From Acidilobaceae archaeon (GTDB lineage Archaea > Thermoproteota > Thermoprotei_A > Sulfolobales > Acidilobaceae): a stretch of DNA of 64,000 nucleotides. The notes under the pieces were generated by a model that saw nothing but the letters and a program-made list of their open reading frames with translations, made no database searches and had not been told where the DNA came from. Both the position numbers and the translations under genes were made by a program. Numbering within the stretch: position 1 is the stretch's first letter; each line of letters starts with the position of its first letter. The DNA lies in contig JAWAWX010000001.1 of the NCBI GenBank assembly GCA_038897215.1, positions 480,001-544,000 of the forward strand. Direction: 5' to 3'. Positions 8,394-18,469 of this stretch are shown piece by piece.

Positions 8394-9068
8394 TTGCCTC
8401 CGCTAATTCCCGAGAATCTCGTAGCTGAGGCTCTAATCACTGCTGTTCTCGCTGTCTACGTGCTCTCCGTGATTGCTCTCACCAAGCCTCTGTACGATGT
8501 TCTGGTATCGAGAAACATGACTCCAATCAGAGCTAAGTACTTCAACAGGAAGATAATCCACATAGCTGCAGGAGGAGTTGTAGCGCTTCTCGTTCCATTC
8601 ATCTACTCTACTCCCCTCCTGCCTTTCCTGGCATCGCTAGCTATCACTGCTCTCCTCGCCTCCGCTAGGCGCTTCAGGCTACTCGACTGGTTCCAGGTTC
8701 CGGATAACCACTATGAGGTCAACTTCACGGTCATGTGGGGCTTGAGCATCCTAGTGTTATGGCTAGCTCTAGGGAGCCCATATCTAGCTGTTCTCCCCGC
8801 ATTGTATATGTCGTTTGGAGACGGCGTGACAGGAATAGTCAGGAACATAGTCGTGAAGACTAGGTCTAAGCACTGGTCCGGGAATCTAGCAATGGCTCTA
8901 GTCTCCGTTCCTCTCGGCTTCCTCTACGGTGGGCTCGTGGGCGTGGTCTCAGCTATAGTGGCTAGTGTCGTTGAGAGGTTCGAGTTCAACCCGGTTGACG
9001 ACAACGTCTTGGTGCCTCTTTCCTCGATGGCGGTTATTCTAGTCTTGGCGCCAGCGTTAGTCATGTAG
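8394..9068 (+). CDS. Dolichol/phytol kinase-like polyprenol kinase
   Basis: NRKIIH, FGDGVTGIV, KHWSG and DDNVLVP motifs; multi-TM protein. Confidence 0.85.
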   Translation: MPPLIPENLVAEALITAVLAVYVLSVIALTKPLYDVLVSRNMTPIRAKYFNRKIIHIAAGGVVALLVPFIYSTPLLPFLASLAITALLASARRFRLLDWFQVPDNHYEVNFTVMWGLSILVLWLALGSPYLAVLPALYMSFGDGVTGIVRNIVVKTRSKHWSGNLAMALVSVPLGFLYGGLVGVVSAIVASVVERFEFNPVDDNVLVPLSSMAVILVLAPALVM

Positions 9069-10239
9069 CGTGGATCTCTAGCACGTCTCCGTCTTCTAGC
9101 ACGTGGTGGGGGCCGACTTTCTGCCCGGGGTACTTAGCGCTAGGCCCCCAGATTCTTGCATACTTGAAGTTCTTAGCTAGCCTCTCGTGTATCATCTCAG
9201 CCACCTCGATCACCGTGGTTCCCCGCTTGACTACGAGAGGCTGAGGGGAGGGCTCGCTCCCGGGTGTCTTAGTTCTAACTCTTATCAAGCCGAGCTTCTC
9301 GAAGAGTGTTTTACCGACTAGCTCTAGATTTAGTCTAGATACTGTGGAGACAGGGATTACCTCGACGTCGCTGGGGACTACTCTCCTAGCTTCACTCAGC
9401 ATGTTCTCCTCTCTCGCTAAGTCTGCTTTATTGAGTAAAACTATTGCTGGCTTGTAGACTCTAGAAGCTAGGATCGAGGACTCGACATCATCTAGAGTGA
9501 CGTCTCCATGGATCTCTACTATTGCATTATATATCCTGTACTCTGCTAGGAGCTTCTTCAACTCGTCCTCAGTAGCACCCATGAGTCTTCCGCTACCGCT
9601 AAGCCTTACTCCGCTAGCATCTCTAGTCTTAACGATTCTCACTACTCCCTTCTGCTTAGTCACAATTATCCCCCGGTCTTCTAGTAGCTCAACGATTCGC
9701 TTGAGAGTCGCCGGAAGCCTGGGGTCATCGAAGCTCACTACTACCGCGATAGCGTCGCTATTCCTAGCGAGACCGAGAACTCTATTGTTGATACTGCTAT
9801 CCGGGTCGTCTAGCATCAAGGGTGGAGTGTCTACTAGCTGTATCTGAGCACCCTCGTAGACAAGCATCCCGGCTTGAGGAGCCTTCGTGGTGAAGGGGTA
9901 TGGAGCGATCTCCGGCTTAGCATCCGTTAGAGATGCTAGAACACTACTCTTACCCGAGTTGGGAGGTCCTATTAGCACTACCTGGGCTGCTCCACTCTTC
10001 TCCACGAAGAACTGTGGGCCTCCTCCTCTACTACTCGCTCTCTTCCTCTTCTCTAGCTCTAGCTCCTCCCTCAAGTCTGCTAGCCGTCGCCTAGCCCACT
10101 CTAGGAGATTCTCTGTCCCCTTGTGCTTGGGGACGCTGCCTATGAACTCCTCGAGTGCTCTGATTTTATCCTCTAAGCTCTTGGCTTCAGTGTATCTAGC
10201 TAGCTTAGCTCTAGCTTCTGGAGGTAGATTAGCTGGCAT
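9061..10239 (-). CDS. DRG-family (OBG) GTPase with TGS domain
   Basis: Starts MPANLPPEA; PKHKGTE, GPPNSGKS, YPFTT, DTP, NKAD and ARIWGPSAKYPGQ. Start moved from 10410 to the ATG at 10239. Confidence 0.93.
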   Translation of the reverse strand: MPANLPPEARAKLARYTEAKSLEDKIRALEEFIGSVPKHKGTENLLEWARRRLADLREELELEKRKRASSRGGGPQFFVEKSGAAQVVLIGPPNSGKSSVLASLTDAKPEIAPYPFTTKAPQAGMLVYEGAQIQLVDTPPLMLDDPDSSINNRVLGLARNSDAIAVVVSFDDPRLPATLKRIVELLEDRGIIVTKQKGVVRIVKTRDASGVRLSGSGRLMGATEDELKKLLAEYRIYNAIVEIHGDVTLDDVESSILASRVYKPAIVLLNKADLAREENMLSEARRVVPSDVEVIPVSTVSRLNLELVGKTLFEKLGLIRVRTKTPGSEPSPQPLVVKRGTTVIEVAEMIHERLAKNFKYARIWGPSAKYPGQKVGPHHVLEDGDVLEIHAT

Positions 10240-10393
10240 GGCTGTCTCCCGATAGACCGCTGTCCAAGAGGCTCTACTATCATCATGACTCTTAAAGCTT
10301 ACTCCTCGAGCTTTGGAGGAAGTCATTCTATCGATCGATTCGCGGAAAACTTTTTTACTTAGCAAGGAGTCGAACAGTGCAGGAGAAGAGGTT

Positions 10394-11368
10394 TTGGGAA
10401 AACACTCCAAGAACTCTCAAGACCATTCTCGCAGAGAAGTCGCGCGCCGTGTTCAGAGATTAGGGAGCACGAGTCTCGTAGTGACTTTACCAAAAGCCTG
10501 GACAACGAGATTTGACATCAGGCCAGGAGATAAGCTAATCGTGATAGATGATGGATATCAGCTCCGAGTTCTCCCACCCAGAGACTCTCGCAGGGACCCG
10601 TTTCGTCTAGTGTTGAGACACGGTATAAGCTCTAGTATCTCCTTAGGTGTCCTCCTATGTCTCTACGTAAGAGGTTTCAACACTGTGACTCTAACGAGCA
10701 TTAAGAGTGAGAATGCTCCCTCCGATTTCAGCGAGATTAGAATAGAGGAAACCATGAACCTCTTCGTAAAGGAGCTTCGACGAACACACGAAGGGTATAC
10801 TTTCGTCTTCGAAGACGAGAGGAGTGAGAATATCCGTAGCTTGATCAGAGTCTACTTGTCAAAACTGCACTCTATTCTCGAAAAGATAGAGTCTAACAAG
10901 CATCCAGATGAAGCATTCCTAGAGGAGACTCAAGAAGAATTAGATAGGTTACGTGTCATAGCAATGAGAGCAAGTAGAGCTAGACTTTTTGACCCCGATG
11001 GGGGAAAACTTTGTGAAAACCTCCCGTTCACGCTGAATCAGATAGCGTTTATGATCAAGAGAGTAGTGGAAGCCTCTATCAGGGATAGCGGTAGCTGGAG
11101 AGTTCTCTCGGCTACCTCAAGTAAGCTCAAGCCTATAATAATGGAGCTCTTGAGCGGACTTCTCTACCCGAGTTGGAGAAGGCTGGAGACAGGCTATGAG
11201 CTACTCCGAGAGCTGAGAAGAGAGCTAGAGTTAGGAAGCCCTATATCGCGAAAGGAAGAGCGAGTAATGGGGAGAATCGAAGCGATCCTAGACCTACTAG
11301 ACCTCCTAGTAGAGTTATGCGCCTGTAACATCATACTATCGAGCGTAATGAATAACAACAAGCATTAG
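10394..11368 (+). CDS. AbrB/PhoU-type regulator (phosphate uptake regulator family)
   Basis: RRVQRLGSTSLVVTLPKAW...IRPGD AbrB domain followed by a helical PhoU-like region. Start uncertain (10313 or 10394). Confidence 0.8.
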   Translation: MGKHSKNSQDHSRREVARRVQRLGSTSLVVTLPKAWTTRFDIRPGDKLIVIDDGYQLRVLPPRDSRRDPFRLVLRHGISSSISLGVLLCLYVRGFNTVTLTSIKSENAPSDFSEIRIEETMNLFVKELRRTHEGYTFVFEDERSENIRSLIRVYLSKLHSILEKIESNKHPDEAFLEETQEELDRLRVIAMRASRARLFDPDGGKLCENLPFTLNQIAFMIKRVVEASIRDSGSWRVLSATSSKLKPIIMELLSGLLYPSWRRLETGYELLRELRRELELGSPISRKEERVMGRIEAILDLLDLLVELCACNIILSSVMNNNKH

Positions 11369-11815
11369 CGAATGAAACTTGGAAACGGCGGTAGAGCGAG
11401 GAAAAGCCTCTCTATTTATGCATATAGCGGCTTAGGAGCCTGCCTATAAATCGAGAAAGAGTCATTCTCGACCACGCGTACGCAGTCAAGGCGCAACTCA
11501 AGGTCTTCTAGGAGAACTCTAAGGAAGCCTGTGAGAGTAGGGGAGTCCTGGAGGGCATTACTGTTTTTCGGTAACCTCAAGGATTACAGGCTTAGGCTTA
11601 CTCAACGCGATGAGTACAGTCCCGATCGGTACTAAGACGCTGTGAGAGCGTGAGGCTTCACGTGTCGGGCTTGAGGAAGGCGCGAGATAGCTAGTAGCTA
11701 CTCGCGGATAACGGGTAGTAGCGTTACTAGCTCTAGGAGAGCTGGGGGAGACGTGGAGCGAGAGCTGGGATCAAAGCTTAAGACTTTTAGGAAGGAGATA
11801 GGTCTCCCTATAAGG

Positions 11816-11892
<77 letters not shown>

Positions 11893-12002
11893 GTTTGTTG
11901 ATCACCTACTCTCAGCTCATCGAGGCTCTCTCTTTCCCGCCACGCTAGAGCTGTTATAGCGCGAGCTATGCGTTTAGGAGCAGAGAGCTTGCTGGAGATA
12001 GG

Positions 12003-12272
12003 CTAGGGCCACTCCTTTTTCTCTATGACGCTCTTCATGTAGGGCGCTGTGCCCGAGGAGGGAGTGTAGGCTCCGCCCGCCCATCTGCTACCACACTTCC
12101 TGCATACCCAGATGCCTACAGATACTCTCCGCACTGAGCCCTGCTTCCCGCAGAAGGGGCATGTGTGTGGTGACCTCAGCTTTACTAGTATGTCTCTCAC
12201 TCTCCTCCTAACGCTTAACCCGTATCTTGCTCCATAGCTTCCTGCTGGACCAACTACCTTGGTTCTCCCCAT
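12003..12272 (-). CDS. rpl37ae: 50S ribosomal protein L37Ae (eL43)
   Basis: GRTKVVGPAGSYGARYG, CPFC...CRKC zinc ribbon, GGAYTP. Confidence 0.96.
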   Translation of the reverse strand: MGRTKVVGPAGSYGARYGLSVRRRVRDILVKLRSPHTCPFCGKQGSVRRVSVGIWVCRKCGSRWAGGAYTPSSGTAPYMKSVIEKKEWP

Positions 12273-12276
12273 GCCT

Positions 12277-13113
12277 CTACCCTCCTCCGCGGAGAGCTGA
12301 CTCGAGAGCCTTAAAGTACTCTCCCGAAGCTCTCTTAGCTAGGCTGATTGCTGCTACTAGCTCTGATTGAGTGAGACCCCCGCTTCCTGTTTTCTGGAGC
12401 CCTACTATGTTTTGGTCTTTGTCTAGCGATACGACTAGCCTGTAGTCTGATATTATCTCTTCCTCGAAGTTGGGGTCGACTACGAGGTAGTCTGCTATCT
12501 TGGCTACCGTGACTGAGACCACGAGTTTATTCAAGTTCACTCTATCCCCTTGTCTCGTCCTATCTAGTATTATGTCTCCTGTCTCGCTCTCCTCGATGAA
12601 GGGGAGCCTCGTCGTGGCTAGTGCTGCCACAGTTGCTAGCATGCTTGCATCGAAGATGTTACCGTCGTGACTAAGCACATACACATCTACCCAGAGAATC
12701 CAGGCTTTCTCGCCTGTTCTTATCGAGAGAGACTTGAGGTCGATAGCTCTAGGCTCTCTAAGGCTCCTATCGACTACCCTAGATACCTCGATCGCGTTCT
12801 CGTCCGGTGGTCCTGGCTCACTAACAGGGGAGGCTATGGGGACTGTCTCGACGTTTACGATTATCGCTCCCTCGTCGGGCGTGTCTTTAAAAGGACTCCC
12901 TATCTCGGCCTTGACTCCAGCTAGAACCTCTGTGTTCCCGAGTCTTACTAGAGCCGAGCCTTCCGCTTTCTCTATGACTCCCGTCTTGATCTCTACTGTT
13001 CTTGGTGAAGCGAGACTCCTGCCGTCAGGCCTTAGGCCTCTCTCGTAGAAGCTCAGGTATGTCCTAATCTTCAAGCTGGGGACTACGGGTACTCTGAATG
13101 GTGTTATGCTCAA
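12277..13113 (-). CDS. rrp42: Exosome subunit Rrp42
   Basis: RPDGR, AEGSALVRLGNT, EPGPPDENAIEVSRVVDR. Confidence 0.96.
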   Translation of the reverse strand: MSITPFRVPVVPSLKIRTYLSFYERGLRPDGRSLASPRTVEIKTGVIEKAEGSALVRLGNTEVLAGVKAEIGSPFKDTPDEGAIIVNVETVPIASPVSEPGPPDENAIEVSRVVDRSLREPRAIDLKSLSIRTGEKAWILWVDVYVLSHDGNIFDASMLATVAALATTRLPFIEESETGDIILDRTRQGDRVNLNKLVVSVTVAKIADYLVVDPNFEEEIISDYRLVVSLDKDQNIVGLQKTGSGGLTQSELVAAISLAKRASGEYFKALESALRGGG

Positions 13114-13117
13114 AGAG

Positions 13118-13846
13118 CTACACCTCCGAGGCTACTGCTTCATACTTTCTTCTCAAAGCCTCTTTCTCCATCTCGACCAGGTTCTTGATAGCATTGAGAG
13201 CCATAGATAAGCCTTTATCGAGTTCTTCTTCTGTGAGTACTCCGTTTAGCTGGAGAAGTGTTATCAAGCCGATATCTGGCGCTGCTGCTACGGGAAGGTC
13301 TGCCTGACCGCCTGAGTCCTCGACTTCGTCTATGTCTAGCACTAGAACCCCCTCGATCTTGCCCACAGCTACGCCAGCTATAAGAGCTCTCATCGGGATA
13401 CCGGCATCAGCTAGAGCTAGAGAGGCTGCTGTAACGCCGGCCGTTCTAGTACCCCCGTCTGCTTGAAGTACTTCTACGAAGACGTCTATGACTGTTCTCG
13501 GGTACTCAGTGAGCAGAATGACTGGCTCTAGAGCTTCTCTCACGACCTTCGAGAGCTCTATCTCCCTCCTTGTGAGCACAGGGCTCTTTCTCTCAGCTGT
13601 AGAGAAGGGAGCCATGTGGTATCTGACTCTGAGAACCGCTCGGTCCGGTAGAATCATAAACCGTTGCACGGGCTCTCTAGGCCCGTAGACAGCCGCTACC
13701 ACCTTAGTCTTACCGTACTCCACTATAGCCGAGCCGTCCGCGTTAGGGATCACTCCAACCTGCATCTTTACTGGACGCATCTCCTCTGGTCTTCTCCCAT
13801 CGTGTCTCAGCCCTCGCTCATCTATGAGTCTAACCCTAGTCTTCAT
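13118..13846 (-). CDS. rrp41: Exosome exonuclease Rrp41
   Basis: [30 protein letters not shown]. Confidence 0.97.
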   Translation of the reverse strand: MKTRVRLIDERGLRHDGRRPEEMRPVKMQVGVIPNADGSAIVEYGKTKVVAAVYGPREPVQRFMILPDRAVLRVRYHMAPFSTAERKSPVLTRREIELSKVVREALEPVILLTEYPRTVIDVFVEVLQADGGTRTAGVTAASLALADAGIPMRALIAGVAVGKIEGVLVLDIDEVEDSGGQADLPVAAAPDIGLITLLQLNGVLTEEELDKGLSMALNAIKNLVEMEKEALRRKYEAVASEV

Positions 13847-14538
13847 AACCCTCGAGCCCTCCTCTCCTCCTCTATCATCTTAGCTATTCTCTCCGTCAGC
13901 CCTGTTGTGTGAGCTTCTCTCTCTATGTATTTTATGGCTGTAATAGCTACTATCTCGTGAGCTACACTAGGGCACTCGATGTGGACTCTCCCGTTGACCG
14001 CTGGGAATATCTTGCACTCCGTCTTCTCCTCGAGTATCGAGAGCATGCTTCTCTTCTTACCGATTACCCTCGGGATTTTATTATGCTGGATCTCGATGAC
14101 TACCCCGCTCGCGATCTTCCCCAAGCCCTCTCCCTGGACTGTTAAGGTGGGTTGGCGAGTCTTATCGAAGAGCTGGACTCTAGCTCTCACATAGTCTCCA
14201 GGCTTTAGTAGCTTGAGTAGATCGTCTGAGGCTGGATTGGGAGGTCTCCCCAACACGTCTTGAGCTAGGAGTATGGCTGTGTAAGGCGAGTTAATGTCTA
14301 TCTGCCAGTATGTGAGGCTAAAGGATTCTACGAGACCTATGACTATGTCTCCCGGCTCCGGGATATAGACGGATTTGAGGGGAACGAAGCCTACCTCTCC
14401 TCCCTCTCGCTCAACTAGAATACCTGGGATAGTCGCGATCTTGCTTCTAGCTAGCTGGATCACATAGGGGGGTCTAGCTTGAGTGCGCGGGTCGACCTCG
14501 TCTCCAGGTAGCACGATTCTACCGTATAGCTTGCTCAA
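13843..14538 (-). CDS. rrp4: Exosome RNA-binding subunit Rrp4
   Basis: [11 protein letters not shown] (S1 domain), PRVIGKK (KH domain), [10 protein letters not shown]. Confidence 0.96.
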   Translation of the reverse strand: MSKLYGRIVLPGDEVDPRTQARPPYVIQLARSKIATIPGILVEREGGEVGFVPLKSVYIPEPGDIVIGLVESFSLTYWQIDINSPYTAILLAQDVLGRPPNPASDDLLKLLKPGDYVRARVQLFDKTRQPTLTVQGEGLGKIASGVVIEIQHNKIPRVIGKKRSMLSILEEKTECKIFPAVNGRVHIECPSVAHEIVAITAIKYIEREAHTTGLTERIAKMIEEERRARGL

Positions 14539-14540
14539 GA

Positions 14541-15242
14541 CTAGGCTACCACCTTCACGTTTACTGAAGCCTTCCCCTTAGCTATGCTCTGAATCTTGTT
14601 GATCACCTCTAGCTGCATTCCAGCCGGGATCTCTAGCTCTAGCTTGACGCCCCCGCTACTGAGCCACTCGAGCTTCTTAACCTGCCCGAGTCTCTTAGCC
14701 TCACTGGCCACTCTGCTCGCTACATCAGGAGGGACTTCGACCTCCAAGAGAGCCTTGGCTATCTTTATCGGTATAGCCTTAGAGAGCTTAGACACTATCT
14801 CCAGAGCTTGGCTCTCAACATCTCTATATAGGTCTACGCCGATACCAAGCTCCTCCATCAGAGACTCTATCCTACTCTCGGGAATGGGGAGCTTGGACCT
14901 AGGGTCTATGGCGTTTCTCGCTATGAATGCTACTATCTTCTTCCTCTTAGCTTCAATGAGCCTCCTCCTCTCCTCCTCGGTCAGCTGAATCATCCCCTCT
15001 TTTAGGATCCTCTCTGCTATAGCTCTCACGTCTTCAGTCCCGAAGGCTTTGCGTAGAGATTCGGGGCTCGCCTTTAAGCCTTTTCTGCTATCCTTGAAGA
15101 CAGTGTCTGTCCAGAGAATCTCGTTTACGTCTACCTTCTCTCCTTCTCTAAACCTAAACGCTAACTCCGGCTTCACCAGTATCTCGAATCTCTCCCCTCT
15201 GACCTCCATCCAGGCTATGACAAAGCTCTGTTTTTTCGACAT
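14541..15242 (-). CDS. Ribosome assembly factor SBDS
   Basis: GERFEILV, VFKDSRKGLKAS, QLTEEERR, IDPRSKLP; conserved position in the exosome operon. Confidence 0.95.
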   Translation of the reverse strand: MSKKQSFVIAWMEVRGERFEILVKPELAFRFREGEKVDVNEILWTDTVFKDSRKGLKASPESLRKAFGTEDVRAIAERILKEGMIQLTEEERRRLIEAKRKKIVAFIARNAIDPRSKLPIPESRIESLMEELGIGVDLYRDVESQALEIVSKLSKAIPIKIAKALLEVEVPPDVASRVASEAKRLGQVKKLEWLSSGGVKLELEIPAGMQLEVINKIQSIAKGKASVNVKVVA

Positions 15243-15280
15243 CGAGGACACCGTGCTGTCATACTTCTGCGATAGTATCC

Positions 15281-16060
15281 TCACTTAGATTCGAGTAGCT
15301 GGCTTCTCATCTTGCCTATAAGGTCTTTGAGTTCCTCTACTGAGAGTTTTCTAAACCTTCTAGTCTTGACGTCTATATAGCCGACTTCTACTAGCTGATG
15401 GAATTCCTCGATGAGCACCTCTTTGCGCTCTTCTCCTGTGGCTATCCTACTCTTGAAGAGTGCTTCTATCACTATTCTAATCATTTCATCGATGGTCAAG
15501 TCTTCTCTGTATATCTTCTCGAAGAAGCTGTTCACATATGCATCTCCGGAGCCTATGGCTACAGCGTTATAGCTGAAGTACTGACCTCCAGGGTCTGTTC
15601 TAAAAAGCCTAACTGACCCGTCTGGGTTGACTCCTCCGAATAGGAGAGCGACTCCGAAGGGTCTCACTCCGCCGTGCTGCGTGTATGCCTGCTTTATGTC
15701 GGCTATGTATTTAGCGAGAAGGTCTACTGTAGCTTCCTCGCCGTATATTAGTCTATGTCTGAGAGCTAGCTGGCGAGCCACGTCTATGAGTATCCTGCCG
15801 TCGCTACCCATTCCTGCGAACGCTACAGCTATGTGGTCGTCTATCTTGTATATCTTCTCAATGTTGACAATATCTAGTAACGGTGAGATCTTCCTCTTCT
15901 CAGCACCCAGCACTACTCCGTGAATACTCCTGATGCCTACACTCGTCCACCCCTTCTTTACGGCCTCGAAGGCGTACCTTACTTGATAGAGGTCTCCCTC
16001 AGGGGAGAATATCGTGGTAGCTCTATCGTAAGCCATTGCCTGAGGGGTTGGAAAGACCAT
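15281..16060 (-). CDS. psmA: Proteasome subunit alpha
   Basis: AYDRATTIFSPEGDLYQVRYA, GGVRPFGV, TDPGG. Confidence 0.97.
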   Translation of the reverse strand: MVFPTPQAMAYDRATTIFSPEGDLYQVRYAFEAVKKGWTSVGIRSIHGVVLGAEKRKISPLLDIVNIEKIYKIDDHIAVAFAGMGSDGRILIDVARQLALRHRLIYGEEATVDLLAKYIADIKQAYTQHGGVRPFGVALLFGGVNPDGSVRLFRTDPGGQYFSYNAVAIGSGDAYVNSFFEKIYREDLTIDEMIRIVIEALFKSRIATGEERKEVLIEEFHQLVEVGYIDVKTRRFRKLSVEELKDLIGKMRSQLLESK

Positions 16061-16223
16061 ACCCGACCACCTATCCTACCTCCCTCCTTCGTCTAACCCC
16101 TAAGGTGGGATTTATCCTCGGCGTTAAATTACTTTTGCTAAGTGGGGGGGATTTCGGTTAGCCAAGAGAGAGAGTATAGCATTAATATTGGCGACCCCAT
16201 CTCTGCTAGTGGAGGAGCAGAGT

Positions 16224-16700
16224 TTGGAGAAGCTAGCTGAGTACATAGAGTACCTTGTTTTAGCATTAGTCTCGCTCATCGGCGGCGCTGTAGGGGGAGC
16301 GTTGGTCGCGATTAGATTGAAGTCTAAACCTGTGAGGATAGAGCTATCTGGTCTCTCTGCTTTCGAGAAACGCTCGAGCAGGAAGAGGAGGTATATCGTG
16401 TTCGAAGCTACCACTACAGAGCATCTAGCTACAAGCGAGATAGCCGAGGCCTTGGAGAGCACTGCTAGACGACTGCTTGGAGACCTCGGGATCGCGAAGG
16501 GAGGGTTTAAGCTCATAGACTACGACCCGCGCTCGAGACGCGGGATTCTAAGAGTTAAGAGAGACTACAAGTGGCACGCTCTCGCAGTGCTCTCACTAGT
16601 TCGATCCATAAGCGGCAAGAGAGTCCTCCTGGTCCCCCTCTTCACCACGGGGACTCTTCGAGGAGCTAGGAGGAGAGCGGGCTTGGCTAGAAGCTCCTAG
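16224..16700 (+). CDS. rnp2: RNase P protein component 2 (Pop5/Rpp14) with an N-terminal hydrophobic helix
   Basis: RKRRYIVFE, LLGDLG, GILRV, TTGTLRGARR; adjacent to psmA; GGAGG ribosome-binding site before the TTG at 16224. Confidence 0.85.
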   Translation: MEKLAEYIEYLVLALVSLIGGAVGGALVAIRLKSKPVRIELSGLSAFEKRSSRKRRYIVFEATTTEHLATSEIAEALESTARRLLGDLGIAKGGFKLIDYDPRSRRGILRVKRDYKWHALAVLSLVRSISGKRVLLVPLFTTGTLRGARRRAGLARSS

Positions 16701-17926
16701 GCTCTCCTGGCTCTAGCCGCGACTATCTTCACCACGTCTCCGTCTCTCAGCTTGTAGTCCTCGCCCACCTTCTGCTTGGTCTTAGCGTTCACAGCGTAGA
16801 GGAAGGAGTCTCCTAGCTCTGAGTGAATGCGGTAAGCTAGCTCTCTAGCCGTAGTCCCCTCGGGGACTAGGAGCACGTCGGGCAGGACTCTACCCTCTCT
16901 ATCAGCGTACCTGACGGGGTCCTCGACGGGGTAGACTGCTATCATGCGTAGCTTGTCGAAGACGAGAGCGTTTATAGCGTCCTGGACGCCCGTCGAGCCC
17001 CACTTCTTCAGCACGTTCTCGCGAATCACCTCGAGCACCTTGAAGCTCTTAGAGTCGAGCGAGCCCGTGACCTCGAAGCCGGGGTCTCCCGGTATGTATT
17101 TCACCAAGTTCTTGCTAGCCGCTTTCCTCAATATCAGCTCAGCTATGGCGCTAGTGGGGATCACGGGTATATCTCTGAAGGCTTCTCTGAGTCTCTTTAT
17201 GTTGTCCTCTGCCTCGGGGATGTCGGCTTTGTTGGCTACTATGACCATGGGCTTCGATACTCTCCTAAGCTCTGAGACGAACAATCTGAGGTCGCCGGAG
17301 CTCCAGCTCGATAGCTTCCTGCTAGCTAGTCCCGATGCTTCAAGCGCCTCGACTACATGCCTTTTAGTCACGCTTAGCCCCGAGAGTCTCTGCGCTAGAG
17401 AGCCCGCTACGTCTGCTGCTCCAGAGGTGTCAACGTATCTGGCTAGCTTATCCCAGTCTCTCGAGACTATGCCGAACATCCACTCCTCGAACTCTCTGAT
17501 CATCGCTCGCGCTTCCTCAACTGGGTCGTATGCTCCCGGCCCCGAGAACCTCCCCTCCTCGTCCGTGAAGCCACTAGCGTCCACGACGAGTAGAAGCCCG
17601 TCCGCTCTCCTCACGTGGTCTAAGAACATGTTGCCCAACCCTCTACCCTTATGAGCTCCCGGAACTAGCCCTGCTACATCGATGATCTTGACTGGGATCA
17701 TCCTCCAGCCTCCTACGCAGACGCTGTTGAGCGCGTTGCAGGAAGAGAGTCCGAGCTCTACGTGAGCACACCTCTTCTTAGCATACGTTACTCCACTATT
17801 GGGCTCTATTGTGACGAAGGGTCTGTTATCTATAGGGACATCTATGAGGGTCGCTGCAGAGAAGAAGGTAGACTTCCCGACATTAGTCTTGCCCACTATC
17901 CCCAGCAGTATATTGGAGGCCTCCAA
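16697..17926 (-). CDS. ychF: YchF/OLA1-like archaeal ATPase/GTPase
   Basis: GKTNVGKST, PFVTIEPN, DVAGLVPGAHKGRGLGN, C-terminal TGS domain. Confidence 0.93.
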   Translation of the reverse strand: MEASNILLGIVGKTNVGKSTFFSAATLIDVPIDNRPFVTIEPNSGVTYAKKRCAHVELGLSSCNALNSVCVGGWRMIPVKIIDVAGLVPGAHKGRGLGNMFLDHVRRADGLLLVVDASGFTDEEGRFSGPGAYDPVEEARAMIREFEEWMFGIVSRDWDKLARYVDTSGAADVAGSLAQRLSGLSVTKRHVVEALEASGLASRKLSSWSSGDLRLFVSELRRVSKPMVIVANKADIPEAEDNIKRLREAFRDIPVIPTSAIAELILRKAASKNLVKYIPGDPGFEVTGSLDSKSFKVLEVIRENVLKKWGSTGVQDAINALVFDKLRMIAVYPVEDPVRYADREGRVLPDVLLVPEGTTARELAYRIHSELGDSFLYAVNAKTKQKVGEDYKLRDGDVVKIVAARARRA

Positions 17927-18072
17927 GGGAGCTCTCTCCGAGCAGAGTCTACGCGATCCCGGTATATATCCACCTGAGAGACAGCCTAGCGCTCTTCGCG
18001 AGACGAGAATACATCGCTCGAGCCCCTAGAGATATATATAACGCCGAGGTGTGTTAGCGTCTTGAGAGGTGA

Positions 18073-18390
18073 GTTCCAACGTTTAGAGCTGTTATCAGAG
18101 CATATGCTCCGCAAGCCGAGACGTTACTTGAGGGGCTTAGAGCCTTGAAGGACAGTATGGCGGAGCTCTGCGATATTGTTGATAGGCCTGGATGGATTCT
18201 GATGGGTTGCGAGGACTCTCTAGTAAAGGCTGTCATAGAGATGAGGACTAGAGAAGCGCCTAGACTAGTCCCCGAGGCGTTCCTAATAGTCGTGGTAGAG
18301 AGTGAGAGTTCAAAAGCTCTAGTCGATAAGGCTAGGAGAGTCGTCTCCACGCTAGGGCAGAGCGGGCTAGCCGCTGTTCTAGAAGTCTAA
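18073..18390 (+). CDS. Hypothetical protein (start uncertain)
   Basis: Frame is open from 18073 to TAA at 18390; first canonical start is TTG at 18145; TATATATA box at about 18033. Confidence 0.55.
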   Translation, partial: VPTFRAVIRAYAPQAETLLEGLRALKDSMAELCDIVDRPGWILMGCEDSLVKAVIEMRTREAPRLVPEAFLIVVVESESSKALVDKARRVVSTLGQSGLAAVLEV

Positions 18391-18469
18391 GCATGAAGCC
18401 TAGACAATTCGAAACGCATCTATTTAACTAGCACTGAGGCTGGGATCACATACTACTAGGCGGTTCTCC

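Noticed and set aside
11369-11815. 450-bp gap containing a GCTAGTA...TACTAGC hairpin
   Set aside because: No recognisable RNA family or ORF; the hairpin is built from CTAG/AGCT words that are common throughout this window.
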